Below the pieces are notes generated by a model. That model did not search any database. It saw only the letters and a list, made by a program, of their open reading frames with translations, and had not been told where the DNA came from. From Octopus vulgaris (lineage: Eukaryota), in the NCBI GenBank assembly GCA_951406725.2, contig OX597820.1, forward strand, positions 88,784,001 to 88,848,000: a stretch of DNA of 64,000 nucleotides. Reading direction: 5' to 3'. This document shows, piece after piece, positions 1-12,215 of this stretch. Position numbers and translations under genes: made by a program. Each line of letters starts with the position of its first letter. Position 1 is the stretch's first letter.

Positions 1-389
1 CTCTTAGTGGCTGACGATATGTACATAACTGATGACGAGCAGAAGTAGTGGGGGAGCATCATAGCCGTGTGTTGAGAGGAATTATTTTGGGGTTTGAATA
101 ATTCACCTTTGGAAACATCCTTTGGGGTTCGTTCAACATCCTTGAACAATCCTTATTCAGGGACCTTTTGAGCGGGATGGCCTACTCGACCAGAAGAAAA
201 TTCTAACTGGGCTCCACCTGCAAGGTCATGCGCTGTATATTTTGATATGAGATCACCATGTCGCGCACATATGGTTGTGATGCATGTGCTTGGTGTCCCC
301 TTATCAGACGGGTAGTCATGATGGGAATAATGGGCTTCGTATATCTGTACCCCAGTGTCACTTTGATGGCATGCACTGCTCCCTCACTC
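1..389 (+). mobile_element. Partial copy of the ~555-bp non-coding (AAT)n-embedded element (family E), cut by the window edge
   Basis: Reverse complement of 17432-17972 and 28296-28850; ends at the same ctcactc terminus and runs directly into (AAT)n. Strand is inferred. Confidence 0.85.
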
Positions 390-440
<51 letters not shown>

Positions 441-1062
441 TCTATGTCGGTATTATAAAATCAAAACCACTGACAAATTTTATAAACACCATCCTAAAGC
501 TGTGACTGAGGGAGAAAATATATCGATTCTTTAGGACTTCCCCGTACATACTGACAAAACAATGAAAGCTAATAAACTGGATATTATTATAAAAGATCAG
601 TCAAAAAAGGTGTGTTTATTAATTGACATGAGTATTCCTTGCGATCACAAAATAGCGGCGAAATATTTTGACAAGATCAGTAAATATAAAGACTTGCTAA
701 TAGAAATTGGAAAAATGTGGCATCTTAAGGCGACTACAGTACCAGTGATTGTAGGATCTCTAGGAATGATAAAAATAATTTAAAAAAAAGTACGGAAGCG
801 TATTTGAAAATGATACCAGTCTTACCATCCCTACAGGAAGTGCAAAAAAACGTGTTAACTGGAACTGAGAAGAGCATTATCGCTGTGAAAACAACATCCA
901 TTCATGAATTTATTTATTTATTTATTTATTTATTTAGAATACGTATTTTACCTGTGAATTTGCTTTATATAATCTAGGAATGCATACAACGAGCTTCTCT
1001 GCCCTAGGTGTATGGAAAACACTTGGCGAGAAATGGAAGAAAATTTGAAGAAGGAAGGAAAA
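441..1062 (+). mobile_element. 5'-truncated non-LTR retrotransposon end with restriction-like endonuclease (R4/Dong-like)
   Basis: ORF 562-783 KANKLDIIIKD..LLIDMSIP..KISKYKDLLIEIGKMW..PVIVGSLG fits the RLE motif; upstream frame IL*DFPVHTD; (AAT)n on both sides. Confidence 0.85.
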
Positions 1063-1078
1063 TAATAATAATAATAAT

Positions 1079-1530
1079 CTTTTCTGCTATAGGCACAAGG
1101 CCCGAAATTTAGGGGAAGAGACTAGTCAATCACATCGACCCTAGTGTTTCACTAGTACTTAATTTATAGATCCTGAAAGGATGAAAGGCAAAGTCGACCT
1201 CGGTGGAATTTGAACTCAGAACGTAGCGACTGGCGAAATACCTATTTCTTTATTACCCACAAGGGGCTAAACACAGAGAGGACAAACAAGGACAAACGGT
1301 TTAAGTCGATTACATCGACCCCAGTGCGTAACTGGTACTTAATTTATCGACCCCGAAAGGCTGAAAGGCCAAGTCGGCCTTGGCGGAATTTGAACTCAGA
1401 ACTTAACGGCAGACGAAATACGGCTACGCATTTCGCCCGGCGTGCTAACGTTTCTCCCAGCTCGACTGGCGAAATACCGCTAAGCATTTCGTCCAGCGCG
1501 CTAACGATTCTGCCAGCTCCGCCACCTTAA
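1079..1530 (-). mobile_element. SINE family A composite: young copy (1243-1462) nested in an older copy
   Basis: Head gagctggcagaa..gttagc, B-box-like gagttcaaattcc, central gcctttcatcctttc..gtcgataaattaagtaccag; perfect 16-bp TSD cgactggcgaaatacc at 1227-1242 and 1463-1478. Confidence 0.9.
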
Positions 1531-1729
1531 CCTGTTGCATTTATTATTCTCATACTTTTATTGAACTCGGCATTAATTTGATATTATTTACAACGTTTGT
1601 TGCTATGGCAACTGAGCTGTTCTAACATCCGTTATAGCTGTTACCGTCGTTGTTGTCATGGTGACTGAACGACTCTACTTTATATGTCATAGCTACTTTA
1701 TGTTACAGCAGAAACAGCAGTCACTACTG

Positions 1730-2050
1730 GGGCAGTGGTGGTGGTGGTGGTGGTGGTGGTGGGGGCGGCGGCGGCGATGGTGGTGGCGGCGGCGGTGGTG
1801 GTGCTGGTGGTGCTGGTGATAGTGGTGGTGGTGATGGTGGTGATGGTGGTGGTGGTGGTGGTGGTGGTGGTGTGATTGTTATGGTAACTGAGCAGGTTTA
1901 CTTTACATGTCACAGCTGCTTATGTCACTGATCTGGCTGTCACTGATGTTGCTAACACTTATTGTTGTTACTGCAGCCGCTGTTGATTCTGTTGCTAACT
2001 GCCTATATTACCGTTTCTGCTGCTACTGATAATGATGTTGTAGTTGTTGT

Positions 2051-2111
<61 letters not shown>

Positions 2112-2558
2112 AGTTGTGGTGGTGGTGGTGGTGATGATGACGACGATGATAGTGATGATGGTGGTGGTGATGGTGGTGGTGGTGGTGGTGATGATGACGA
2201 TGATAGTGATGATGGTGGTGGTGGTGGTGGTGGTGGTGGTGGTGGTGATGATGATCGTATGATAGATTAGTACCTCGGCATACGTCTCTCATAAGGTTCC
2301 TGGTGTTACTACAGTCACAACTGTCACTGCCGCTGTTGTCGCTGCTGCAGCTGTTGCTGCTGCTGCTGCTGCTGATAATGATGATGATGATGATGCTGAT
2401 GATGATGATGCTGATGATGATGGTTCTGATGCTGTGAGACCTGAACGGCTCTACATGTATCGCAACTGACTGCTCACATTGTTGCTACTGCTGCTACTGA
2501 TGATGTTGAGGTGGAGGAGGACCAGGATAACGTCGACGGTGATGATGATGATGATGAC

Positions 2559-2611
<53 letters not shown>

Positions 2612-2741
2612 CGACGACGATGATGATGATGACGATGACGATGATGATGAAGATGATGGTGGTGATGATGACGGTGATGGTGATAATGATGATGACGGTG
2701 TGGGCTTTGGTGGTAGCGATGGGGGTGACGACGATGATGAC

Positions 2742-2782
<41 letters not shown>

Positions 2783-3354
2783 CGATGATGGCGACGACGA
2801 CGACGACGATCGATATTTTGTATATTTGTGGATACGTAAGCCTCATCACAACAAGCATCATCATCATCATCTGCCTCATAAAAAACACCACCTGATGTTG
2901 TTACACACTGCAAATGACAGCTGTTGTCCGGTTTGTCAGCTGAGTGAGTTTCTGCTTTACATCTGCCATATAGAATTTTGCTTGATGTTACTCTTAACAC
3001 CGCGCTCTCTTGTCGCTATTATCGCTGTCTCTATGCCCACCATCACCACCACCACCACCACCACCACCAGCAGCAACCCTCTCTGTGCTGCTGCTGCTGC
3101 TGCTGCTGTTGCTGCAGTTTTTTTTTTATCACAGCTGTGCAGTACAGCTTCCATCTGTCATAGATTATTGATGGTACTATATTGATACTGCCTGTATCTG
3201 TTGCTGTCGTAGTGGTTCTTCTAGCAGCTGAGCAACTTTCCTTCTCATGATGCGAGGTCGATGTTGCAGCTGGTGATCTCACCGCTGTTGTTGTTACTGC
3301 TGGTGTCGTCGTCGTTGTTACAACAGCTGAGCAGTACTCTACTACTACTACTAC

Positions 3355-3408
<54 letters not shown>

Positions 3409-3439
3409 CACCACCACCACCACCACCACCACCACCACC

Positions 3440-3477
<38 letters not shown>

Positions 3478-3500
3478 AACTACTACTATTACTACTACTT
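1730..3500. repeat. Compound trinucleotide microsatellite field (GGT/GAT/GCT/AAT/ACC/ACT)
   Basis: Runs are directly visible; ORFs here are homopolymeric peptides. Confidence 0.95.
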
Positions 3501-3789
3501 AGTTTCAATAAGTGATCAAGCCTTTGCATCAATATGTGTGTGAAAATACGCACGCAAACATGCACACACACACACAAAACACATACACACACACACACGC
3601 ACACACACATATCGTCAGTAAATCATAAATCCGAAAGTGAGCAGTTAGATAAAGATAAAGATGAAGATAAAGATATCTATGGCGGTTCTTTGGGTAACCC
3701 AGGGCTTCGTGTCCATAAAGCGCTTAGCTTTACACACGCCGTGGACTAAGCCGCGTTTGCTTAGTGTTTAGGGTTTTCGGCTCAAAATC

Positions 3790-4030
3790 GTTGTCCTTGA
3801 GCAAGACACTTTATTTCACGTTGCTCCAGTCCACTCAGCTGACAAAAATTAGCTGTACCTTTATTTCAAAGGCCCAGCCCTGTCACATTCTCTTTTACGT
3901 TGAATATCCCCGAGAACTGTATTAAGGGCACATATGTCTGTGTAGTACTCAGCCACTTGCACGTTAACTTCACGAGCAGGCTGTTCCGTTGATCGGATTA
4001 ACTGGAACTCTCGTCGTCGTATTATGACTT
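3790..4030 (+). mobile_element. SINE fragment: family D-type central domain joined to family C-type tail
   Basis: ttgagcaagacactttatttcacgttgctccagtccactcagctg followed by tgaatatccccgagaact..cacgagcaggctgttccgttgatcgg, the tail also seen at 37069-37454. Confidence 0.75.
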
Positions 4031-4272
4031 TGGCTCCAAAGACGACCAAAATTCGTAAATAATTCATCTTCTCTTAAAGGAGAGAATAATAAATACCGAC
4101 CAGCCACGGTCAATCGCAAAATACTGCATGTATGTATTTAAATACGCACACATGCACGCACACACACACATACACACACATGTTAACATTAATCAGGATG
4201 ATTACTCTACTCGTAGAAGTTAATGCGCGCGCATGCATTATGCGAATGTATGCGCACGCGCGCGTATATATA

Positions 4273-4307
<35 letters not shown>

Positions 4308-4309
4308 GA

Positions 4310-4515
4310 ATCTTAGCTTAGGTTTTCCCTGGGGCTGGCCAGATTGGAGCAATCTCGAATATGACCAGCCGAAATTGCAAAGATAATCAGGGACTCGACT
4401 GAGGAAAGAAAACTCCAAATGACTCCTTCTTGTTTTCTTTGAATCCCCTATCAGGTGGGTTTGTTGTCCCTTTCTTGTATCACCTATGTGGATGTTTTGC
4501 GTTCTTGTCCCATTT
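4310..4515 (+). mobile_element. (TA)n-flanked repeat fragment, probably Penelope-like terminal repeat
   Basis: Homologous to the reverse complement of 24650-24850 (gaaattg..gggact.gactga.gaaagaaa..atgac); both copies abut (TA)n. Confidence 0.45.
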
Positions 4516-4691
4516 TGTATATATATATATAAGACACCCGACACCCGACGCGTGGCACACAGTGCACATGTGCAGACAGTGTCGATTTGATCGAGAGAAT
4601 GAGCTAACGTGCAGCACGAACGCTTGATCACTATGAACAAATCATTTGTGCAGGTCTTTCGGCAAAAGCTGAACGCTCATACGTCGTATCT

Positions 4692-4726
<35 letters not shown>

Positions 4727-4794
4727 TTTTATATTTTTTTTTTTCAAGGCGGCACTACAGCGTGGTCGCAGTCAAATGACTGGAATAAGTAAAA

Positions 4795-4842
<48 letters not shown>

Positions 4843-5020
4843 TCTTTTACTCATTTACACCGCCTTTAGTCGAGCAAATCAAACCCAGGACTTATTCTTT
4901 GTAAGCCTAGTACTTATTCTATCGGTCTCTTTTGCCGAATCGCTGAGTGACGGAGACGTAAACACATCACCATCGGTTGGGGGGACAAACACAGACGCAC
5001 AAACATATACACACACGTAC

Positions 5021-5059
<39 letters not shown>

Positions 5060-5061
<2 letters not shown>

Positions 5062-5860
5062 AAGAATTCCAACCTTGTCTGATTTTCACGTTTTATTTAC
5101 AATCTTATAATGATATATTATAAGATAATATATTATAATTGAATAAAATAAAATGAAATAGTAGAATGTTAAATATTCATTCTGATTGAACTAGTACTTT
5201 CATGCATTGAATTCTGCAATCTTCGGGTTCATGTAGTAGTGTTGACAGTCATGCTTCACAATTTTTGACTGTAGCAAGATGAGTGATTCTGTGCTATAAA
5301 TACAGCTGGGTAGGCTCCAGAGTGCTAGGTTTTGCAAACTGTATTCTGACCAATCAGTGTGTAGTATCACTCAATTACTTAAGCTGATTGGTTGGTTGAG
5401 CTGATTGGTTTAGGCATCACGCTTTGTTGGACAGGTCAAGAGTCCTGTATCTTGACCCTGGCCGAATCAGCAATTGTTGGGTTATTTTTAGAAATGTTGT
5501 CCTTGGGTTGTCCTAAGTTGTTGTATAGGTATTTTTATAGCCCGCTGTATGCCATTTTCTATAAGTAGAGATATATATCTATATATATATATATATATAT
5601 ATAGAAATTCGGGGTGCGTACTACCCATTCTACATTGAGAGAAGAAAGAGATGGACGCTTCAATTCTATGCTGTTGCCGCATTATGTCGTACGCGAATGA
5701 GAGGATTTGCATCCCCAACCAAGAATTTTTGATGTAACACATGTCCTTGCGGAAGTTGTTGTGCGCGGCTGAAGAAGGCCACAGACATGCATTATGCATT
5801 GTTATAAATCTGTCTAATAAAGGCCCGAAACATATGTACCGCTGAATCCTTGGCATCATG
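5060..5860 (-). mobile_element. Penelope-like element relic (decayed coding sequence plus terminal repeat with hammerhead)
   Basis: (TA)n flanks; hammerhead motif at 5187-5231; decayed peptide PLLDRF..HNNFRK..IKNS weakly resembles PLE RT. Confidence 0.45.
5187..5231 (-). ncRNA. Type I hammerhead ribozyme motif (CCGAAGA core variant)
   Basis: Minus strand: tgaac-CCGAAGA-ttgca gaattcaa tgcat-GAAA-GTA-CTA-gttca; 5-bp stem I, palindromic stem III AGTACT. Confidence 0.65.
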
Positions 5861-5881
5861 TTTTTATTTTGATCAATTTAT

Positions 5882-5914
<33 letters not shown>

Positions 5915-5915
<1 letters not shown>

Positions 5916-6259
5916 GACGGGCTTCTTTCAGTTTCCGTCTACCAAATCCACTCACAAGGCCTTGGTCGGCCCGAGGCTATAGTAGAAGACAATTGCCCAA
6001 GGTGCCACGCAGTGGGACTGAACCCGGAACCATGTGGTTGGTAAGCAATATCATTTATCTTTTGTTTGTTTCAGTCTTTAGACTGTGGCCATGCTAGGGC
6101 ACCGCCTTGAATTTTTTAGTCGAATGGATCGACCCCAGTGCTCATTTTTTAAGCCTAGTTCTTACTCTATCGCTTCTTTTGCCGAACTGCTAAGTTACGG
6201 GAATGCAAACACATCGATGCCGGTTGTCGGTCAGCGGTAGGAACAAACAATGACAGAAA

Positions 6260-6295
<36 letters not shown>

Positions 6296-6866
6296 TATAT
6301 ATATGCATATATACATACATATATACGTATACGATGGACAGCGCTGGATTAACCCATTAAACAATATAAGCACGTGCTTAGGGCATCAAGGGACGAGGGC
6401 ACTACAGAAATGAAAATGGTTTACGGCACGAAAGAAATCTATCGAAGCTTACTAAAATAATATTCGTAATGCCTTATCTCTATTAAGTATAGAAGAAGAG
6501 GTTTATCGTAAAATTGATTTTAACGATATCATCAAACACTTTGCAATTATACAAAAAAGAAAAAGCGAATGAGAAAAATTTTCCAATATAAATAAAGTGG
6601 AAGCAAACAAAAATAAACATTATTTTCCATCTTACTGTTTTGTTTACATTTTGAAACATTTACATATACTTGAGGTCCCCAAAACCTTTTAAGCGCTTAG
6701 GGCCTCTATGGTTCTTAATCCGGCTCTGACGACGGGCTTCTTTCAGTTTCCATCTATCAGATCCACTCGCAAGGTTTTGGTTGGCCCGGGGTTATAGTAG
6801 AAGACGCTTGCCGAAGGGGCCAGGCAGTGGAACTGAATCCGGAACCATGTGGTTGGGAAGCAAGCG
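5915..6866 (-). mobile_element. SINE family B copies: a 5' half (5915-6048) and a near-full copy (6056-6866) interrupted by a hAT MITE
   Basis: Reverse complement of 12532-12935. Confidence 0.85.
6339..6728 (+). mobile_element. Non-autonomous hAT element
   Basis: TIRs cagcgctggattaa / ttaatccggctctg; 8-bp TSD acgatgga / acgacggg; internal remnant LSLLSIEEEVYRKIDFNDIIKHFA resembles the hAT C-terminal dimerisation domain. Confidence 0.85.
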
Positions 6867-6889
6867 TGTGTGTGTGCATTCATCACAAG

Positions 6890-7030
6890 GTCCTATCCTT
6901 GTTGTGGTGTAGAGGCTTGCATACCTCAATGACCCACGAGAAGCTATTCCAGTGGAGTATAATTTCTTAGTAAGTCCTCCTATACTGGATTAGTCAAAGG
7001 ATAGAAGCCATACTATCATAAACCACTTCT
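6890..7030 (+). mobile_element. Possible RTE-clade LINE 5' UTR relic
   Basis: ccttgttgtggtgtagaggcttgcatacctcaatgaccc..gagaagctat resembles RTE 5' ends (recalled, not aligned). Confidence 0.4.
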
Positions 7031-7262
7031 TCCCATACATAAAAAAAGGGTTTGCATAAGGTCAACACTCCTACATTAAAAAAAAAAAACAAATAAAAAC
7101 TCAAGACCAACAAGATCTGGGAGAGCAAGACCTTTGCTCAGGGAAACGTAGCAAAATCAAGTGTCCAAGCAGAGAAAAGTTGTCGGCGCGATAGGGAGCG
7201 AAAGACTTAAGTGTGTATATATGTGCCTACGTGTGTATTTATACGAATATGTACTTATATAA

Positions 7263-7659
7263 CTAGCAGTATCGCCCGGCGTTGCTCGGGTTTGTAAGGG
7301 AAATAACTATATAAGCATTTTTAGAGATGTAAAGTATAATAGCCATCTCAATATGGCTAACCACAAAGAGGGGGGCTGTTACTGTAGCTTTTTACGTTCT
7401 GAGATTTAATAATAAATTTTTAGAAAGTTACTTCCCTTATATATGCCAAAAATGCATTAAAAATGGGAAAAATTGATGGTAAATTTTTTTTTAAATCGTA
7501 GACTCATTGTAGATGCGCGCGCTAATACCCAGAAAGGCTCGATATGAATCACGATTATAAGATACCCGGTTTTGGTTAAACTGCACCGCAAAATGTGGGA
7601 GTAGTTAGGAATCTAAATCGTAGGAGACAGACAGCACACAACCTTACTTTTATATATAA

Positions 7660-7662
<3 letters not shown>
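7263..7662 (-). mobile_element. Non-autonomous Helitron
   Basis: Minus strand starts TC(tttatatataaaag), ends with hairpin cccgagcaacgccggg plus CTAG, lies between A and T with no TSD; second copy at 13410-13780. Confidence 0.85.
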
Positions 7663-7717
<55 letters not shown>

Positions 7718-7727
7718 TATATATATA

Positions 7728-7927
7728 AAGGGAAAGTTTACGAAAATAAACAAAAGACGAAAGCAGGTGGAGTACAAAAAAACAAATGTATTAGTATAGC
7801 GCTCAGGAATAGAAAAAGTCTTTTACGTTTCGAGCCTACGCTCTTCGACAGAAAGATACACAGAAAAAAAAAAACAAGGAGAGAAAAAAAATGCGTATAG
7901 GAGCTAACGATCTATCATGGCGTCCTG
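7728..7927 (-). mobile_element. Penelope-like terminal repeat fragment with minimal hammerhead (7819-7856)
   Basis: tcttt-CTGTCGA-a-gagc gtag gctc-GAAAC-GTA-aaaga; (TA)n flanks; homologous to 60606-60732. Confidence 0.65.
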
Positions 7928-7944
7928 TATATATATATATATAT

Positions 7945-7977
<33 letters not shown>

Positions 7978-8066
7978 CCAATTAATTGGTATATATAAAT
8001 ATTTTAATATTCTTTTAATATGCTAGACCACTGGTCTTAATTGATAAATATCAAGTTCTACCCTTA

Positions 8067-8099
<33 letters not shown>

Positions 8100-8266
8100 T
8101 AATATTAATATTAAGGAAGTTATTTCCGAGTTCACAGGGGAGAGAAGTTCAATTTAGTGGTACTAAAATGAATTACTCACTGTATTATATACATATATAT
8201 ATAGAAAGGTTTAAGAGACAGAATCACCCTCAAGCATGTATATACATGTATATGTGTGTGTGTATG

Positions 8267-8350
<84 letters not shown>

Positions 8351-8759
8351 TATATATATGTATGTGTTTGTGTGTGCATGTGTGTGTGTGTGTAGATGTA
8401 TATGTATATAACCAGGTGATGGAGAAGTACATAATGTAACAAAAAATACAGAGGTGGAGTCAAAAGAAGGCAACAAAGAAAGAAAAAACACAAAGGAAAA
8501 AAAGGAAAAAAAAATACTTTAAAAAAAAGAACATGAATAAAAAAATGAGAGATACGAAGAGAGAATAAGAGTGAAAATGTTTGATGGGAGGAATATGATT
8601 AAGAGATAAGGGGAGTTAAGAGCGAGTTTAGTGTGGTTGAGTGACTGGTGTGAATGTTAAAGAAAATATATGGAAAGGGACAGGGACGAGGGAGAATAAG
8701 GAAATATTGAGGAGGAGAGACGATCAGCGTCATATCGCTTATGATGGCGTTCGTTCTAT

Positions 8760-8936
8760 GGCATCGCTACTACTGCTGCTTCTGCTGCTGCCGCTGTTGC
8801 TGCTGCTTCTGCTGCCGCTGTTGCCTGTTTCTGCTGCCGCTGTTACTGCTGCTACTGCTGCTGCTGCTACTACTACTATTACTACTACTACTACTACTAT
8901 TACTACTACTATTACTACTACTATTACTACTACTAT

Positions 8937-8969
<33 letters not shown>

Positions 8970-9495
8970 CAGCACGAGCACCACCACCACCACTACTACT
9001 ACTACTTCTACTACCACCAGCACCGCCACCACCACCACCACCACCACTACTACTACTACTACCACAACCACCAGCACCGCCACTACAACTACTACTGCTA
9101 CTACTACTACCACGACCCACCACTACCGACACAGCTACCACCACAACGACTACAACTACCACCACTACTACTACAATTACTACTACTACTACCACCACGA
9201 GCACCACCACCACCACTACTACTACTACTACTACCACCACTACTACTACTACTACTACCACCACTACTACTACTACTGCTACTACTACCACGACCCACCA
9301 CTACCGACACAGCTACCACCACAACGACTACAACTACCACCACTACTACTACTACTACTACCACAACTACAACCACCACGACCACTACTGCTTCTACTAC
9401 TACTACTACTACTACCACCATCACGACTACTACTACTACTACTACTACAACGATACCCCACTACAAATACAACTACCACCACAATGATCACAGGT

Positions 9496-9526
<31 letters not shown>

Positions 9527-9715
9527 CCGCTACTATTGCTACTACTACTACTACTACTACCATGCCACAACTACCACCAGCACCACTACTGCTACTACCA
9601 ACACAACCACCACCACAACGATCACAACCACTACCACTATCGTTATTACCACAACTTCTACTACTACTATTTCTACTACCAATTCTACCAATGCCACCAC
9701 CACCACTACTACTAC
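8760..9715. repeat. ACT/ACC/GCT microsatellite field with an internal ~180-bp-spaced duplication
   Basis: cacgacccaccactaccgacacagctaccaccacaacgactacaac occurs at ~9111 and ~9289. Confidence 0.9.
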
Positions 9716-9978
9716 ATACATACATACACACATACATACATACAGGAACTAGAAATTTCAACCAAATACCTGATGCACAAAAGGATAGAGATTCAGGAAA
9801 AGCAGTAAAATGTGACAAACAATACAGACTTTGTAGAGTTAACACCGTAGATATCACCCACCTCATAAGCAGTTGTCCGAAAATGTCATCACGGTATTAT
9901 CTACCGATGAGACATGATGTTGTAGCTAGGACACTCGATAATGAAATCCGTCGGAAGGAAAACCCTGGGGACAAAGAA

Positions 9979-10056
9979 AGAAGAACCCATAAGAGATAAG
10001 CCATAGAAGAACCCATAAGAGATAAGCCATAGAAGAACCCATAAGAGATAAGCCAT
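9979..10056 (+). repeat. 3 x 26-bp tandem repeat inside the LINE ORF
   Basis: agaagaacccataagagataagccat in three perfect copies. Confidence 0.95.
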
Positions 10057-10593
10057 AGCCATTCATAACAAAAAGTAGTACTGGGGGAATGTCCCAGTGA
10101 AGACCTCAATAAAATGTAAGCGCAACAGGCCTGATATAATAATGATTTGGGATAGAGAAGAGAAACTGTGTACAGTTGTGGAAATTAGCTGCCCAGCGGA
10201 TGTTGACATAAAGCTGAAGATCAGTGAAAAAGAGAATATCTACGCTGAACTATTGAGAAACCTGCAGTTACGCTATCCAGATTACAAGTTCAGGTTTATA
10301 CCTGTAATTATTGGGGCCCTAGGATATGTAACACACTGCCTAAATACCAATCTTGAGAAATTAGGCTTCTCAAAACCAGAAAGGAGAACGCTGATTCGAA
10401 GACTACAGATCCAGTCCAACACTGGAACTGTGAAAATCTGTAAAACTTTCCAGAAGTTTAACAGTTAAATATATATGAGCATGTCTTGATATGCAACTAT
10501 ATGCACGAGAATATATACATAAAACAAAACATATGTCTGCACATATACATACATACATACATACATACATACATACATACATACATACATACA

Positions 10594-10625
<32 letters not shown>

Positions 10626-10908
10626 ATAACAAAGGGTAAAATTAATTAATTAAGAAGTAATCAATAATTTCACCAAGTAGAATTCGGCATGAAAAAAGGA
10701 CCATTTCATGGTAAACTTAAGTAATACTAAATAATTAGGCTTCAGCAAAGATTTGCTTTACCACATACCGAAGTTTAGAAATAGCAGCCAAAAAACGTTA
10801 GCTATTTTTTCTACTTTAAAAAGGGACTCCTAGAAAAACCAAAATACCTGAAAACAATCCACACAGGCAGAGAGGAAGAAGTAACGAAAATCAATCAATA
10901 TCTGGTCA

Positions 10909-10991
10909 CCTATGGACGCGCGTTTCGGAATTAGGTTGGAATGAAGAATATAAAATTATACTTTACCAACCGTTTTCCTCTTCAGCATAGG
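10909..10991 (-). ncRNA. Type I hammerhead ribozyme, intact core
   Basis: cctatg-CTGAAGA-ggaa..(long stem II)..ttcc-GAAAC-GCGC-GTC-catagg. Confidence 0.85.
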
Positions 10992-11156
10992 ACCCCATCA
11001 ATAATTAAATATTGAAATATTAAATTCGAAGGTACTAGAATAATTGAACATATCTCTCAACCTAACGGTATCAGGCAGATAATATTCAGTATTAGTACCG
11101 CCGAATTCAAAACATGAATGAGGTTCAATATTTCAATATTTAATTATTTATGGGGT

Positions 11157-11239
11157 CCTATGCTGAAGATGAAAACGGTTGGTAAAGTATAATTTTATAT
11201 TCTTCATTCCAACCTAATTCCGAAACGCGCGTCCATAGG
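11157..11239 (+). ncRNA. Type I hammerhead ribozyme, inverted copy with first stem II base G>T
   Basis: cctatg-CTGAAGA-tgaa..ttcc-GAAAC-GCGC-GTC-catagg. Confidence 0.8.
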
Positions 11240-11764
11240 TGACCAGATATTGATTGATTTTCGTTACTTCTTCCTCTGTGCCTGTGTAGATTGTTTTCAA
11301 GTATTTTGGTTTTTCTATTAGTCCCTTTTTAAAGTAGAAGAAATAGCCAACGTTTTTTGGCTGCTATTTCTAAACTTCGGTATGTGGTAAAGCAAATCTT
11401 TGCTGAACCCTAATTATTTAGTATATACATACATACATAGAAACAAAAATACCCTGTTGTTGATGTTGAAATTCCAATGAAGGAGCCTTGGTTCTAGGTT
11501 AGAAACCGGTTCTTTCTCTATTGGCAAGAAATCTTGAAATAAAACTGAACAATGACATTAACAACGATAGCAATATCATGGATATGTATCGTGGGGCCGA
11601 ATGAATTATCTTGTATGACTCTATGACGTGAACATCTCTCAGAATCTGCCGTGAGACAACTAACCAATGAGTTACATGGTCGTTTGTCCCTGCTTGAAAT
11701 AGATACCAAGATTCACTCAAGTAACTCTTCGTTGTTTCAGATAAAAGGGAGGACAAAGTATGTC

Positions 11765-11935
11765 CGTGAGGTGTGGTAAGGAGCTTACGTCCCAACTACA
11801 TGACTCCGGGTTCAGTCCCACTGCGTGTTACCTTGGATAAGTGTCTTCTGCTATAGCCTCGAACCGACCAAAGCCTTGTGAGTGGATTTGGTAGACAGAA
11901 ACTAAAAGAAGCCCGTTGAATATGTGTGTGTGTGC

Positions 11936-12011
<76 letters not shown>

Positions 12012-12215
12012 ATGTGTGTGTTTGTGTCTGTTTGTCTCCCACCATCACTTAACGACCAATGTTGGTATGCTTACGTCCCTGTAATTTAGCCGTTCGGCAA
12101 AAGACAGCGATAGAATAAGTAGTAAGCTTACAAAGAGTAAGTCCTGGAGTTGATTTATTTTAAGGCAGTGCTCCAGCATGGCTGCAGTCAAATGACTAAA
12201 ACAAGTAAAATAACA
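11765..12215 (+). mobile_element. SINE family B, older copy
   Basis: Head with ggttcagtcccactgcgtg, internal (TG)n, tail ccagcatggctgcagtcaaatgact. Confidence 0.85.

Larger units (their letters stand above)
10625..11424. mobile_element. Penelope-like insertion with an inverted terminal-repeat pair (arms 10724-11021 and 11127-11424)
   Basis: ~298-bp near-perfect inverted repeat with 105-nt spacer; each arm holds a hammerhead; inserted in (TACA)n. Confidence 0.85.
9745..11555 (+). mobile_element. 5'-truncated RLE non-LTR retrotransposon (CCHC zinc knuckle, endonuclease, 3' UTR) interrupted by a Penelope-like insertion
   Basis: RLCRVNTVDITHLISSC..RHDVVA (zinc knuckle); RNRPDII..EISCP..EKENIY..PVIIGALG (RLE); 3' UTR resumes at 11425 and matches 56563-56710. 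Confidence 0.85.

Noticed and set aside
1962-3185. Poly-Asp, poly-His and poly-Gly ORFs
   Set aside because: Translations of (GAT)n/(GGT)n that are open in several frames on both strands.
8641-9999. 452-aa ORF with a signal-peptide-like Leu run and Thr-rich mucin-like body
   Set aside because: Stop-free reading of GCT/ACT/ACC microsatellites running into a LINE fragment; GTG start and no splice support.
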